From an uncultured Opitutales bacterium (GTDB taxonomy: Bacteria; Myxococcota_A; UBA9160; SMWR01), in assembly GCA_964194865.1 (NCBI GenBank), contig CAXMOC010000023.1, forward strand, positions 1,400 through 65,399: a DNA stretch of 64,000 nt. Reading direction: 5' to 3'. Both the position numbers and the translations under genes were made by a program. Shown here in pieces: positions 1-10,226 of the stretch (position 1 is its first letter; the number at the start of each line of letters is the position of its first letter). Under the pieces are notes generated by a model that was not told where the DNA came from, did no database searches, and worked only from the letters and a program-made list of their open reading frames with translations.

Positions 1-315
1 GCCGCGATCCATCTCCCAGCGCTCGACTACCAGACCCAGCTCCTCGAGCTGCTCCGCCAGGTACTCGCGAGCCTTGGCGTTCGCGCGGCTGCCAGCCGGA
101 CGCGGGCCGAACTCCGTCAGAGCGCTCAGATCCTCCCACGCGCGGTCCGCACCAAAGGCGGCGGGGCGCGGAGGCAAGCTCGGCCCGAGCGGAGTCGCGA
201 CCGGCGCGATTTTCGCCTCGGCAGTCGGCGCGTCGGAGCTGGGAATCGATCCACAGCCGAGAGCGACGCTCAGCGAGATCGGCACAGCTAAGCGAAGCCA
301 TGTCTGCGGGCGCAT
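1..315 (-). CDS. Partial (5' end) M28-family peptidase-like lipoprotein, runs off the window
   Basis: Manual translation from ATG at 315: MRPQTWLRLAVPISLSVALGC (lipobox) ... AWEDLSALTEFGPRPAGSRANAKAREYLAEQLEELG, typical of the M28 aminopeptidase N-terminus. Confidence 0.65.
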   Translation of the reverse strand, partial: MRPQTWLRLAVPISLSVALGCGSIPSSDAPTAEAKIAPVATPLGPSLPPRPAAFGADRAWEDLSALTEFGPRPAGSRANAKAREYLAEQLEELGLVVERWEMDRG

Positions 316-575
316 GCGCACTCCGGCGGAAAGGGGCCGGATGTTAACGCCCCGATGCGCTTCCGGGAGCACCCCTGGGGGAGCGTGTCTTTGTCCCCGG
401 AATCGCCAACGGGAGTGACACATCCGGCGGCCAACACCCACTACATGATGAGCGCCCGCCTCGGGCGGGGCTCTATCGAAAGCAGAGGGCAGGATCCCAA
501 CCCAAATGGGGTTCTGCCCTTTTCCGATCTCCCGCGGATTCCTCCACCCCCACCCCGGTCCCCGGAAAGGGCCCC

Positions 576-2129
576 ATGGCCCGTGTGCTGGGCGCGGCTT
601 TGCTGGGCGTGGATGGGGTAGCGGTCGAGGTCGAGGTTCGCCTCAGCTCGCAGCTGCCGCGCATCGATATCGTCGGCCTTCCGGAAGCCGCGGTGCGCGA
701 AAGCGCGGCGCGGGTTCGAGCGGCCATCGCCAGCGTCGGCCAGCGATTCCCGGATCGCCGTATCACGGTCAACCTCGCTCCGGCAAGTCTTCGCAAGGGT
801 GGCGCGGGACTGGACTTGCCCATCGCAGTGGCCGTGCTCGCTGCGGGGGGCACGATCGAGCCGGAGCGCCTCGATGGGTTGGCGCTCGTGGGCGAGTTGG
901 CGCTGGACGGTCGGCTCCGGCCCATCAAGGGAGCACTGGCGTTGACCCTCGCCGTGCGCGACGCCGGAGCTAGCCGCGTCGTCGTGCCCGTCGACAACGG
1001 CGCGGAGTCAGCCCTCACGCCCGACGTCGAGGTCTTCGGAGCGGACGATCTCGGTGCGGTGCTGGCACATCTCGCTGGCGAAACCGAATTGCCTCGAGCC
1101 GAACCGGCGGCTCCAGCCGATGTCGATCCGAGTATCCCCGACATTGCGGACGTGCGCGGCCAGGAGCATGCCAAGCGCGCCCTCGAGGTGGCGGCGGCCG
1201 GGGGACACACCGTCCTGCTCTGTGGCTCGCCGGGCTCGGGCAAGACCATGCTGGCACGGCGGCTGCCCGGCTTCCTGCCTGCGCTGGAATTCTCCGAGGC
1301 CATCGAGGTCACGCGAATCCACAGCGCGGCGGGACAGCTGCGCGGCGGCTCACCAATCGCAACGCACCGACCCTTTCGAGCGCCCCACCACACGACCACG
1401 ACGGCAGGGCTGCTCGGCGGCGGCAGCCCGCCCGGGGCCGGTGAGGTCTCGCTCGCACACCGGGGAGTGCTGTTTCTCGACGAGCTGCCCGAGTTTCGGC
1501 GATCGAGCCTGGAGGCCCTACGCCAGGTTCTCGAGCAACACTATGTGATGCTGGCCCGCGCGCGCGGCTCCTTCATGCTGCCAGCGCACTTTCAGCTGGT
1601 TGCCGCCTCCAACCCGTGCCCGTGTGGCTGGCGGGGCAGCGGTGCACGCGACTGCAGCTGCGACGATGGCATGACCGCGCGCTATCGGAGTCGGATTTCT
1701 GGCCCCTTGCTCGATCGCATCGACTTACATGTTCCAGTGTTGCCCGTGGAATGGTCACAGCTCGATCGACCCCCGAGCGGGCCCACCAGCGCCGAGCTGC
1801 GCGAGCGGGTCATCGCCTGCCGACGAATCCAGAAACGGCGGGGTCGCGCTCACGGCTTTCTCATCAATTCCGAGATTCCCGACGAGGTGATCGAGCAATG
1901 CGTGCTGGCGACCCCAAGCGCGCGCCGGCTCCTAGGCCAGGCCGTCGAGCGCCTGGGCCTATCGGCGAGGGTGGCGCACCGCTTGCTCCGGGTCGCCCGG
2001 ACCATCGCCGACCTGGCCGGAGACGAGCAGACCGGGCCGCCCGCCGTCGCCGAGGCCCTGAGCTACCGAGCCGCTCCGCTCGGGCTGAGCGAATCACCGC
2101 AGCTTTCGTTGCGTCGAACCGGGCGATGA
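576..2129 (+). CDS. comM: YifB/ComM Mg-chelatase-like AAA+ ATPase
   Basis: IVGLPEAAVRESAARVRAA, ITVNLAPA, Walker A GSPGSGKT, RPFRAPHH, GEVSLAHRGVLFLDELPEF, NPCPCG, SGPLLDRID. Confidence 0.95.
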   Translation: MARVLGAALLGVDGVAVEVEVRLSSQLPRIDIVGLPEAAVRESAARVRAAIASVGQRFPDRRITVNLAPASLRKGGAGLDLPIAVAVLAAGGTIEPERLDGLALVGELALDGRLRPIKGALALTLAVRDAGASRVVVPVDNGAESALTPDVEVFGADDLGAVLAHLAGETELPRAEPAAPADVDPSIPDIADVRGQEHAKRALEVAAAGGHTVLLCGSPGSGKTMLARRLPGFLPALEFSEAIEVTRIHSAAGQLRGGSPIATHRPFRAPHHTTTTAGLLGGGSPPGAGEVSLAHRGVLFLDELPEFRRSSLEALRQVLEQHYVMLARARGSFMLPAHFQLVAASNPCPCGWRGSGARDCSCDDGMTARYRSRISGPLLDRIDLHVPVLPVEWSQLDRPPSGPTSAELRERVIACRRIQKRRGRAHGFLINSEIPDEVIEQCVLATPSARRLLGQAVERLGLSARVAHRLLRVARTIADLAGDEQTGPPAVAEALSYRAAPLGLSESPQLSLRRTGR

Positions 2130-2210
2130 CGTCCGGAGTTTGACACCAGGAGTCCGAAAATCGTCACTGGAATACCGCAGGTGCCGCCCAGAGACTCGCA
2201 GCTGAACTTG

Positions 2211-2268
2211 TAACTTATTGAGTTAGCAGGATTTATCTGTTTTCTCGGGAACTGGCATGCTTCGTGCT
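2211..2268 (+). promoter_or_regulatory. Putative sigma-54 promoter (-24/-12) with upstream IHF-like site
   Basis: TGGCATGCTTCGTGCT at 2253-2268 fits TGGCACG-N4-TTGC spacing; TAACTTATTGAGT at 2211-2223 is the reverse of ACTCAATAAGTTA, 1 mismatch to WATCAA-N4-TTR. Confidence 0.6.
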
Positions 2269-2291
2269 TATGCTGTTCGGGCGAGGGGGGA

Positions 2292-2504
2292 GTGGATATG
2301 CAAGCTGCGCAGCGAGCGACGCCGAGCCACCATCGGGCCTCCGGGTCGCCCCAAGAGGTGACGCTGCTCGAGCTCGTCCAAGCCATCGGCGAAGAAACCG
2401 AGGACGACCGCGAGGTGGTCGCCATCGTGAGCCTGCTCCTCCGCAGCGGCCGCGTCCGGCTGTGCGGAAACTTCCGCGGGGCGTCCCCCGAGAGCTTCCG
2501 CTAG
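2292..2504 (+). CDS. Small hypothetical protein (70 aa)
   Basis: GGAG-like RBS, downstream of the sigma-54-like promoter; natural-looking sequence TLLELVQAIGEETEDDREVVAIV...GRVRLCGNFRG. Confidence 0.65.
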   Translation: MDMQAAQRATPSHHRASGSPQEVTLLELVQAIGEETEDDREVVAIVSLLLRSGRVRLCGNFRGASPESFR

Positions 2505-2572
2505 AGGCAGCGTCAACCACGCTGCCGTCCGGCCGGGCTGCGCTGGAGACCCACGCCAACGCGCGGCGACGG

Positions 2573-3253
2573 CTACGCGCCTCCGGTGGCCTCGAACGAG
2601 CGGCCGGTCGTAATCCAGTTGGACTGAAGCAACAGCTGCAACGCAAATTCAGCGAGCTCCGCAGCGTCTCCGAATTTGCGAGCGGGGATGGCGTTTGTGA
2701 TTCGCTCGCGTTTGTCGGGCGGAAGTTCCGCGACCATGGGCGAATCAAACCATCCAGGCGTGAAGGTAAACAGCGATACGCTCTTTCGAATCATTCGACG
2801 CGCCTCGCTCGTAACAAAGCTGTGCACCGCACCCTTGGACGCTGCGTAGAGCGGCAGATCGGGCGCGCCGGGCGCACGATACACCGAGCTGGTCACGAAC
2901 ATCGCGTTGCCCTCTTCCTTGATGAGCGCTCCGAGGCACGCGTTGAAGACTGCGAGAGGGCCAAAGAAATTCACCTGCATCAGCCGCTTGGCTTTGTCGG
3001 TCGATGCGCGCGGATAGGTGTATGCCCCCATACCGCTGGTGAGTACGAGTGACTGGGCGCCCCCGAGCAGATCCAGCGCCTCGCGCACGCGGTCGCGAAT
3101 TTCGTCGTCGGAGCTCTCCAGGTCCAGCCGGACGTGGGAAGACTTGCTACGTGACAGATTGACGACGCTGTGACCCGCGGATTCTGCCGCTGCGGTCACG
3201 GCCGCACCCAAGCCCGTTTCTCGATTGCCCACCAACAGGATCTTGCGTGACAC
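2573..3253 (-). CDS. Short-chain dehydrogenase/reductase (SDR)
   Basis: Atypical Gly motif VGNRETGLG, VNFFGP, catalytic YAASK, PGWFDSPM, IPARKFG; start at GTG 3253 (or 3262). Confidence 0.88.
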   Translation of the reverse strand: MSRKILLVGNRETGLGAAVTAAAESAGHSVVNLSRSKSSHVRLDLESSDDEIRDRVREALDLLGGAQSLVLTSGMGAYTYPRASTDKAKRLMQVNFFGPLAVFNACLGALIKEEGNAMFVTSSVYRAPGAPDLPLYAASKGAVHSFVTSEARRMIRKSVSLFTFTPGWFDSPMVAELPPDKRERITNAIPARKFGDAAELAEFALQLLLQSNWITTGRSFEATGGA

Positions 3254-3293
3254 GCCCCCCACGGCTCTACCCCCAACCCCAGATCACAGCGGC

Positions 3294-4439
3294 TCACCGC
3301 CTCTGAAAGGCACGCTCGGCGATCTCCCAGATTACGACGTCTGGTTGGCTCGTGTCGATCATTTCGCGGTCCTCATCGAGATTCCAGCTCGCCCCACTGA
3401 CGGCCATGCGCATGCGACAATCGAGCCGACTGAAGTGCTCGGCGAGAAGGGGAATCAGCTTCAAGGCGAACGAGTCGTGGAACATCACGACTCTCGGGAG
3501 ATCCGAGTTGTCCTGCTCCCGCGACCTGTCCGTCTTGGTGGGCGGTGTCTGGTACGGCCTGGCGTTCACCTTTCTTGCCAGTCGCGGCGCAAGCGGCGAG
3601 AGCGTGAGGCGGTCCTCGCGATAAATTTCTTTCATCGCGAGCATCCGCGCCAGGTTTCCCCCCAATTCGTCGGTTTGCTCGATGCGAAAATCGGAGAGCG
3701 GCTTGGGCCGAATTTTCGGGAACCACTCCGAGAGTCGATCCACGATCTCCACGTAGCCAGCGTGGGCGCCCACATCGTTCCAGTGGGTATCGGTCATGTC
3801 GAACGTTCGGTGAGTTTGCTTGGCGGCACGCACCGCCGGACGAAGATCCACGACGTCTAGTGGACCTTGCTCGGCGAAGCGGGCCAGCATCTCGTCGACT
3901 CGCGAGCTTTCGTCGAATGACCGTACTCCCTCGGGAAGGTGTTCAGGGTAAATGGTCTGCTTCGATGGGGCGATGACGACCAATAGGGGAATGCCCCGTT
4001 CTTCGAGCCACTCAGCGACATCGCGAATGCTCCGGTGCCAGGTTTCGAAGAGGTCCTCCGGCAACGGAGTCATGGCGCGAAGGTCATCGAGAGGGTCGTG
4101 CTCACCCCGATATAGCCAGGAGCCATCGCCGACGATCAGTCTCGGCACGGGGGACTTGCCAAAGAGCCAGAGCTTGGCCCGGTGATGCCATCGAACCAAG
4201 GTTCGCCGCAACCCGAAGTGATCCCTCACATAGTCGGCGAGATCCGATCGATGGTTGACGATGAGAGAGATCGCACCTTGGTTCTCGGGAATCGAGGCCA
4301 GGCGACGATTCTCCGCCTGCCAGTCCTCTTGGGCGAACCCGAACAAGCCTTGGAGCGGCGACAACAAAAGCGTCACCAGAAACGCCCCCGCAATCGCGAG
4401 GTGGACGTTGCTCCTCTTGTCCTTGCTGCGACGCTTCAT
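3294..4439 (-). CDS. AlgJ/AlgX-like SGNH O-acetyltransferase
   Basis: N-terminal TM helix, ENRRLA, DHFGLR, IAPSKQTIYPEHLP, DTHWN (DxH), HDSF, EIAER; directly downstream of the MBOAT gene. Confidence 0.85.
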   Translation of the reverse strand: MKRRSKDKRSNVHLAIAGAFLVTLLLSPLQGLFGFAQEDWQAENRRLASIPENQGAISLIVNHRSDLADYVRDHFGLRRTLVRWHHRAKLWLFGKSPVPRLIVGDGSWLYRGEHDPLDDLRAMTPLPEDLFETWHRSIRDVAEWLEERGIPLLVVIAPSKQTIYPEHLPEGVRSFDESSRVDEMLARFAEQGPLDVVDLRPAVRAAKQTHRTFDMTDTHWNDVGAHAGYVEIVDRLSEWFPKIRPKPLSDFRIEQTDELGGNLARMLAMKEIYREDRLTLSPLAPRLARKVNARPYQTPPTKTDRSREQDNSDLPRVVMFHDSFALKLIPLLAEHFSRLDCRMRMAVSGASWNLDEDREMIDTSQPDVVIWEIAERAFQRR

Positions 4440-4470
4440 CGTTTCTCACGGCGCGAACAGTCTGACATTG

Positions 4471-5925
4471 TCAGAACTGAAAGTAGATGAACGGAGTGTA
4501 GGTTCTCGCGGAAACTGCCAGCGCGCAGGCGAAGAGGATCGCTCCCCAGACGACGGCCTGCACGGCCAGACGAAAATTCTGCGCCAGGTTTGCTTGGTCG
4601 GCTGGGAGCGATCCGATCCGCGCATCCAGCCAACCTCGCACCGTCGGCACGACGGGCACTGCCGCCAGGGCACCTACTGCGAGGGTCAAGATCAGCTCGC
4701 GATCGAGGAACATGGCCGAGTTGTACAGCTCGCCCGAGGCATCGCCGCCGCCGAGCATGGCCCCAAACATCGCTACCGCCTGCTCCAGCGTTTCGGATCG
4801 AAAGATCACCATGCCGGCGAAGGAAAGTCCAAGCCCGTAGGCGTGTTGTAGAGGCCGCCAGAGCCAGTGCACGAGTTTGAGCAGCCCGACGCGTTCCACC
4901 AGGATCACGGCTCCGCTCGCGAAGCCCCACAGCACGAAGGTCGACGCCGCACCGTGCCAGAGCCCTGCGAGAAGCCACACAATCAGCAGGTTCAAGTTGC
5001 GGCGCCAGCGGGGACAGTCCTCCCCGCACAGCGGCCCATACACGTAGTCACGCATCCAGGTGAAGAACGAGACGTGCCATCGGCGAAAGTACTCGGACCT
5101 CGAACGAGCGATCAGCGGATAATTGAAATTCTCGCGAAATCGAAATCCGAACATTCGACCGAGACCGATCGCCATGTCGGAGTAACCGGAGAAATCGAAG
5201 TACAGCTGCAAGGTGAAGCAGATCGTGCCAAGCCAGGCGACGGCTGCCGTCAGCTCGTCACCCGGCGCAGCGAAGATGCGATCGGATGTCACGGCGAGCG
5301 TATCCGCGATCAGCACCTTCTTTCCCAGACCGACACTGAAGCGCCCGACGCCTTCCGCGAACCCCACCACAGTGTGAACGCGACCCGTGAGCTGCCGGGC
5401 GATGTGGCGGTACCGGACGATGGGTCCGAGGATCAGCTGCGGGAAGAGGGAGATGTACAGCGCGGTGTTGAGCGGATTTCTCTGGGCGCGGCCTTGGCCG
5501 CGATAGACGTCGATCACGTACGACATTGCCTGGAACGTGAAGAACGAAAGACCGATGGGGAGGTGAAGAATGGGGACGGGGAGTGCGCCCAGCCCGGCGA
5601 ACTCCAAGAGGTAGTTCAGGTTCTCCGTGAAGAAGCCGGTGTACTTGAAGACCCCGAGCATCCCCAGGTTCACCGTCACGGCCAACGCGATGATCTGCTT
5701 GGCTGCTCGCTTGCCGCGATGGCGATCGACGAGCAGCGCCAACAGGTGATTCGCGGCGATCGAGAAGAGCAGCAGCAGAGCGAATACGCCCTCGCCCCAC
5801 GAATAGAACGAGAGGCTGGCGATCAGCAGGAACCCGTTGCGAAGCCGCAGGCCCGGCAGCGAGAGGTAGATCGCCAGCACCACCGGCAGAAACACAAACA
5901 GGAAGGCGGGGGAGCTGAAGGCCAT
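4471..5925 (-). CDS. algI: MBOAT-family O-acyltransferase (AlgI/DltB-like)
   Basis: FSSxxFLFxFLP start, LPIGLSFFTFQAMSYVIDVYR, QLYFDFSGYSDMAIG, ENFNYP, RRWH, GLWHGA, C-terminal FIYFQF. Confidence 0.93.
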   Translation of the reverse strand: MAFSSPAFLFVFLPVVLAIYLSLPGLRLRNGFLLIASLSFYSWGEGVFALLLLFSIAANHLLALLVDRHRGKRAAKQIIALAVTVNLGMLGVFKYTGFFTENLNYLLEFAGLGALPVPILHLPIGLSFFTFQAMSYVIDVYRGQGRAQRNPLNTALYISLFPQLILGPIVRYRHIARQLTGRVHTVVGFAEGVGRFSVGLGKKVLIADTLAVTSDRIFAAPGDELTAAVAWLGTICFTLQLYFDFSGYSDMAIGLGRMFGFRFRENFNYPLIARSRSEYFRRWHVSFFTWMRDYVYGPLCGEDCPRWRRNLNLLIVWLLAGLWHGAASTFVLWGFASGAVILVERVGLLKLVHWLWRPLQHAYGLGLSFAGMVIFRSETLEQAVAMFGAMLGGGDASGELYNSAMFLDRELILTLAVGALAAVPVVPTVRGWLDARIGSLPADQANLAQNFRLAVQAVVWGAILFACALAVSARTYTPFIYFQF

Positions 5926-6374
5926 GAAGAACGACTGAGCGCTCCCGACGGGTGGTACCAAGCCGTCGGCAGAGTATCACGAGAAACGCGGGCAGCGTGG
6001 TTCCGGAGCCACCCCTGCAAGCGGGACCCCGTCATGGCCGCGCTCAGGCCAACGCTCAACAAATAGACCCAGATCGAACTGTTACGGCGCATTCGTCTCA
6101 TCCCCCTCGAATTGTGACTCGCCCGTGTTCGCAGAGCACCCGGATGGGTTCCACCCCCCGGGTTTCTAACAGGGGTGTGCCCGAGACGTCCACGGTTTGG
6201 TCGCAAAAGAGATTGAGGCCGCGACGTCGCGGGACGGGCCCTCGCGCCGGGACGCTTGTCCCCAAGTCTGCACTGGGGCTGTCTCACCCCGCTTCGAAGA
6301 TACCCACGAGACCCCTTGCCATTGACCCCCCGCGATCAGTGTGGAAAATCCCGCGGGGGGGGCGAATCGCGGTA

Positions 6375-8075
6375 GTGGCGGAATCCAAGCCATTGGCTGT
6401 CCGCAAGACCGGGCAGAAGCGTGCGCGGAAAGGCGGCGCTGCGCGGAAATCGACGCCGCGCAAGAGTTCGCCGCCGGCGCGGCGCGCCAAGCCTCCCGCC
6501 AAGCGCGAGGCGCGACGCTCGACGGCGAGCGACCTCGCCAAGCAGCAGCGCGAGATCTCGGTCTCCGAGTTCTTCGCCAAGAACCGGCACCTGCTCGGTT
6601 TCGACAATCCGTCCAAGGCGCTGCTGACCACGGTCAAGGAAGGGGTCGACAACGCGCTCGACGCTTGTGAAGAGGCGGGGGTGCTGCCGGACATCCGCGT
6701 TTCGATCGAGCAGCTCTCGGAGACGCGCTTCCGGGTGGCCATCGAGGACAACGGGCCGGGTATCGTGCGTTCCCAGGTCCCCAAGATCTTCGGAAGTCTG
6801 CTCTACGGCTCGAAGTTCCACCGGCTGCGCCAGAGCCGCGGCCAACAGGGGATTGGCATCAGCGCCGCGGGGATGTACGGCCTCTTGACCACCGGCAAGC
6901 CGATCGTCATCACCACGCGCATCGGGGCCGGCAAGGACGCCCACCACTTCGAGGTGGTGATCGACACCAAGCGCAACATGCCCAAGGTCAAGCGCGACGA
7001 AGTCGTAAAGTGGGACAAGGAGCACGGGACTCGGGTGGAAATCGAGTTGGAGGGCGGCTACCGCGGAGGGCAGCACTCCGTGGACGCCTACATCCGCCAG
7101 ATCTCTCTCGCGAACCCCCATGCGTCGATCACCTACGTGCCACCCAAGGCCGAGGCGCACGGCGCCGAGCACGCCTTTCCGCGCGTAACAGACGAAATCC
7201 CCGAGGAGACCAAGGAGATCAAGCCCCACCCCTATGGGGTGGAGCTGGGCGTGTTGATGCAGATGCTGCGCGACACCAAAGCGCGCAATGTGCGCTCGTG
7301 TCTCCAGGTCGACTTCAGCCGGGTCACCTCGCGCACGGCACTACAGATTCTCAAGACGGCCAAGGTCGCGCCCAGCCGGCGCCCCAGCGAAGCCAGCCGC
7401 GAGGAAGCCGAGCGCATCCACCAGGCGATCCAGGCCACCAAGATCATGGCGCCGCCAACGGACTGCATCGCCCCGATCGGCGAAGAGCTGATCGAGCGCG
7501 CCCTGCGCTCGGAGGTGTCGGCGGAATTCTACGCTTCGGTATCGCGCAAGCCGACCGTGTACCGGGGCAACCCTTTCTTGATCGAGGTTGGCCTGGCCTA
7601 CGGCGGTGATCTCCCGGCCGACCAGACCATCACCGCCTTCCGCTACGCGAACCGCGTGCCGCTGCAGTATCAGCAGGGGGCGTGCGCAATCACGAAAGCC
7701 ATTGCTGCCACCGATTGGCGCTCCTATCAGATGCAACAGCCGCGCGGCGCGCCGCCGGTGGGTCCGATGCTGCTGATGGTCCACATCGCCAGCGTCTGGG
7801 TGCCCTTCACCTCCGAGAGCAAGGAGGCGATCGCCCACTATCCGGAGATCATCAAGGAGATCCGGCTGGGCCTGCAAGAGTGCGGCCGCAAGGTGGCGAC
7901 GCACATTCGCAAGCAGCGCCGAGAGGAAGACGCCGAGAAGAAACGCGCCTACATCGTGAAGTACATTCCGCAGGTGGCGATCGGACTGCAAGAGATCCTG
8001 GGGCTCGAAGACAGCGAACGTGACAAGATCGTGACCAACCTGACGACGATTCTCGAAAAAAGCCGGAAGCTATAG
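6375..8075 (+). CDS. top6B: DNA topoisomerase VI subunit B
   Basis: EISVSEFFAKNRHLLGFD, GHKL motifs KEGVDNALDA / EDNGPGI / GSKFH..QSRGQQGIGIS, R(Y)ANRVPL, VPFTSESKEAIA; start taken as GTG 6375 within ORF 5952-8075. Confidence 0.95.
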   Translation: MAESKPLAVRKTGQKRARKGGAARKSTPRKSSPPARRAKPPAKREARRSTASDLAKQQREISVSEFFAKNRHLLGFDNPSKALLTTVKEGVDNALDACEEAGVLPDIRVSIEQLSETRFRVAIEDNGPGIVRSQVPKIFGSLLYGSKFHRLRQSRGQQGIGISAAGMYGLLTTGKPIVITTRIGAGKDAHHFEVVIDTKRNMPKVKRDEVVKWDKEHGTRVEIELEGGYRGGQHSVDAYIRQISLANPHASITYVPPKAEAHGAEHAFPRVTDEIPEETKEIKPHPYGVELGVLMQMLRDTKARNVRSCLQVDFSRVTSRTALQILKTAKVAPSRRPSEASREEAERIHQAIQATKIMAPPTDCIAPIGEELIERALRSEVSAEFYASVSRKPTVYRGNPFLIEVGLAYGGDLPADQTITAFRYANRVPLQYQQGACAITKAIAATDWRSYQMQQPRGAPPVGPMLLMVHIASVWVPFTSESKEAIAHYPEIIKEIRLGLQECGRKVATHIRKQRREEDAEKKRAYIVKYIPQVAIGLQEILGLEDSERDKIVTNLTTILEKSRKL

Positions 8076-8078
8076 ACG

Positions 8079-9278
8079 ATGGCAGCTCGCAAAAAGGCGC
8101 CGAAGAAGACAGCGACCAAGAAGGCGGCGGGGAAGAAGGCAGCGAACGCGCGCAGCGACAGCGTTGCCGCCCACAATCGCAAGCTCGACGGAGTCACCGT
8201 CGACCTGATCTGCGGGGCTGCCAACGACGTCCATCAGGAGATCCTCAAGAGCCGAAAGCCCGATCTCACGTTCCCGGTGCGTTCACTCAAGAACGTCAGC
8301 TACTCCACCAAGCGCGGCTACTTCGAGATCGGCAAGCAGAAGAAGACCCGAACCCTGACCGTGAACACGGTCAAGAGCTTCGCCCAGACGCTGCGGATGA
8401 TGGGGCTCTCCAAGGATCTGGTCGAGACCAACGACTTCGCCACCAAGCGAGACGCCTACTACCAGAGCAAGAACTGGGGCGACGCGAAGTTCGAAGAGCA
8501 GACCGAATCCGATACGGTGATGGACGACATCGAGGCCCTGTTCTCGCAGCGCGGTGCTTCGCGGGAGCAGCTGCGCTTCGTCCCCGACGAGCACGGCGGA
8601 GCTGTGGCGGGGCAGCTGGTCGTGCTCGACCCCGATCGCGAAACGGGCGAGGTGGAGCGGATCGACTGTACGCGCTTCGGCTCCGGCGCGTATTCGATCC
8701 CATCGAGCGTGGAGCATCTCTCCTTCGAGACCGATGCCAAGTTCGTGCTGGCGATCGAGACGGGCGGCGTCTTCCAGCGGCTGCAGAGCCACAAGTTCTG
8801 GCAGACCTCCAACTGCATCCTGGTCTCGATGGCGGGCGTTCCCACCCGCGCCACGCGGCGGTTCATCCGCAAGTTGTCCGACGAGTGCAAGATCCCGGTC
8901 TACGCCTTCGTCGATTGCGACCCCTACGGCATCTCGAACATCTACCGCACCCTGAAGGTGGGCTCGGGCAACGCCGCGCACCTGTCGCAGTTCTTCTGCG
9001 TTCCCCAGGCGCGCTACCTGGGCGTCACGCCCCAGGACATCGTCGACTACCAGCTGCCCACCCACCCCCTGCTCGATGTCGACATCAAGCGAGCGAAGGA
9101 TGCCTTGAAGAACGATCCGTTCTTCAAAACCCACAAGCCCTGGCAGAAGGCCATCACGCAGCTGCTGAAGATGGGCGTGCGCGCCGAGCAGCAGGCGCTC
9201 GCCAAGTGGGGGCTCAACTACGTGATCGAGGAATACCTGCCGCGCAAGCTCGATCAGCGCGCCAGCTTCCTGCCCTGA
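8079..9278 (+). CDS. top6A: DNA topoisomerase VI subunit A (Spo11-like)
   Basis: Catalytic Tyr motif TKRDAYY, TOPRIM AIETGGVF and DCDPYG, GVPTRATRRF, AEQQAL; 3 bp after top6B. Confidence 0.95.
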   Translation: MAARKKAPKKTATKKAAGKKAANARSDSVAAHNRKLDGVTVDLICGAANDVHQEILKSRKPDLTFPVRSLKNVSYSTKRGYFEIGKQKKTRTLTVNTVKSFAQTLRMMGLSKDLVETNDFATKRDAYYQSKNWGDAKFEEQTESDTVMDDIEALFSQRGASREQLRFVPDEHGGAVAGQLVVLDPDRETGEVERIDCTRFGSGAYSIPSSVEHLSFETDAKFVLAIETGGVFQRLQSHKFWQTSNCILVSMAGVPTRATRRFIRKLSDECKIPVYAFVDCDPYGISNIYRTLKVGSGNAAHLSQFFCVPQARYLGVTPQDIVDYQLPTHPLLDVDIKRAKDALKNDPFFKTHKPWQKAITQLLKMGVRAEQQALAKWGLNYVIEEYLPRKLDQRASFLP

Positions 9279-9350
9279 TCGGCGTACGCACAGCCGAGCA
9301 CCTCGCAACCCGATTGCGGTAGCCTCACGCTCCCCGAGGAGCACTATCCG

Positions 9351-10226
9351 ATGAAGGGAATCCTGCTCGCCGGCGGCTCCGGTACCCGCCTGCATCCCAT
9401 CACCCTGGGCGTTAGCAAGCAGCTGTTGCCGATCTACGACAAACCGATGGTCTACTACCCGCTGTCGACCCTGATGCTGTCGGGCATTCGCGAGATCCTG
9501 CTGATCTCGACCCCCGAAGATCTACCCGCGTACCGGCGCCTGCTGGGCGACGGCCGCCAGCTCGGCGTGCAGATCGAATATGCCGAGCAGCCCCGGCCCG
9601 AGGGCCTCGCCCAGGCGTTCTTGATCGGTCGCAGCTTCGTCGGCGCGGATCGTGTCGCGCTGGCGCTGGGCGACAACGTCTTCTACGGCCACGGCATGCC
9701 CGATTCGTTGCGCCGCGCTTCAAAACGGGAGAAGGGTGCAACGGTGTTCGGCTACTGGGTGAACGACCCCGAGCGCTACGGCGTGGTGGAGTTCGACGCC
9801 AGCGAGGAGGTCATCGGAATCGAAGAGAAGCCGGCCCAGCCGCGCTCGAACTACGCCGTCACGGGGATCTACTTCTACGACAATCGCGTGCTCGAAATTG
9901 CCGCCGCGCTGAAGCCGTCGGCACGGGGCGAACTCGAGATTACCGACGTCAACCTCGAGTACCTACGCCTGCAAGATCTGCACGTCGAGCTGCTCGGCCG
10001 CGGCGTGGCGTGGCTCGACACCGGCACCAACGAGTCCCTGCTCCAGGCGTCCAACTTCGTCGAAACCATCCAGGAACGCCAAGGGCTGAAGATCGCGTGC
10101 CTCGAGGAGATCGCGTTTCGCAGCGGCTACATCAGCCGCGAGCAGCTCACCGAGCTCGGCAGCGCAATGGGCAAGTCGAGCTACGGAGCCTACCTGTTGC
10201 GGCTGGCGGAGGAAGAGCGCGGTTGA
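9351..10226 (+). CDS. rfbA: Glucose-1-phosphate thymidylyltransferase
   Basis: [56 protein letters not shown]. Confidence 0.97.
   Translation: MKGILLAGGSGTRLHPITLGVSKQLLPIYDKPMVYYPLSTLMLSGIREILLISTPEDLPAYRRLLGDGRQLGVQIEYAEQPRPEGLAQAFLIGRSFVGADRVALALGDNVFYGHGMPDSLRRASKREKGATVFGYWVNDPERYGVVEFDASEEVIGIEEKPAQPRSNYAVTGIYFYDNRVLEIAAALKPSARGELEITDVNLEYLRLQDLHVELLGRGVAWLDTGTNESLLQASNFVETIQERQGLKIACLEEIAFRSGYISREQLTELGSAMGKSSYGAYLLRLAEEERG

Noticed and set aside
435-452. NrdR-box-like motif upstream of comM (CCACTACATGATGAG)
   Set aside because: Only the left half matches, it is a single copy, and no nucleotide-reduction gene is adjacent
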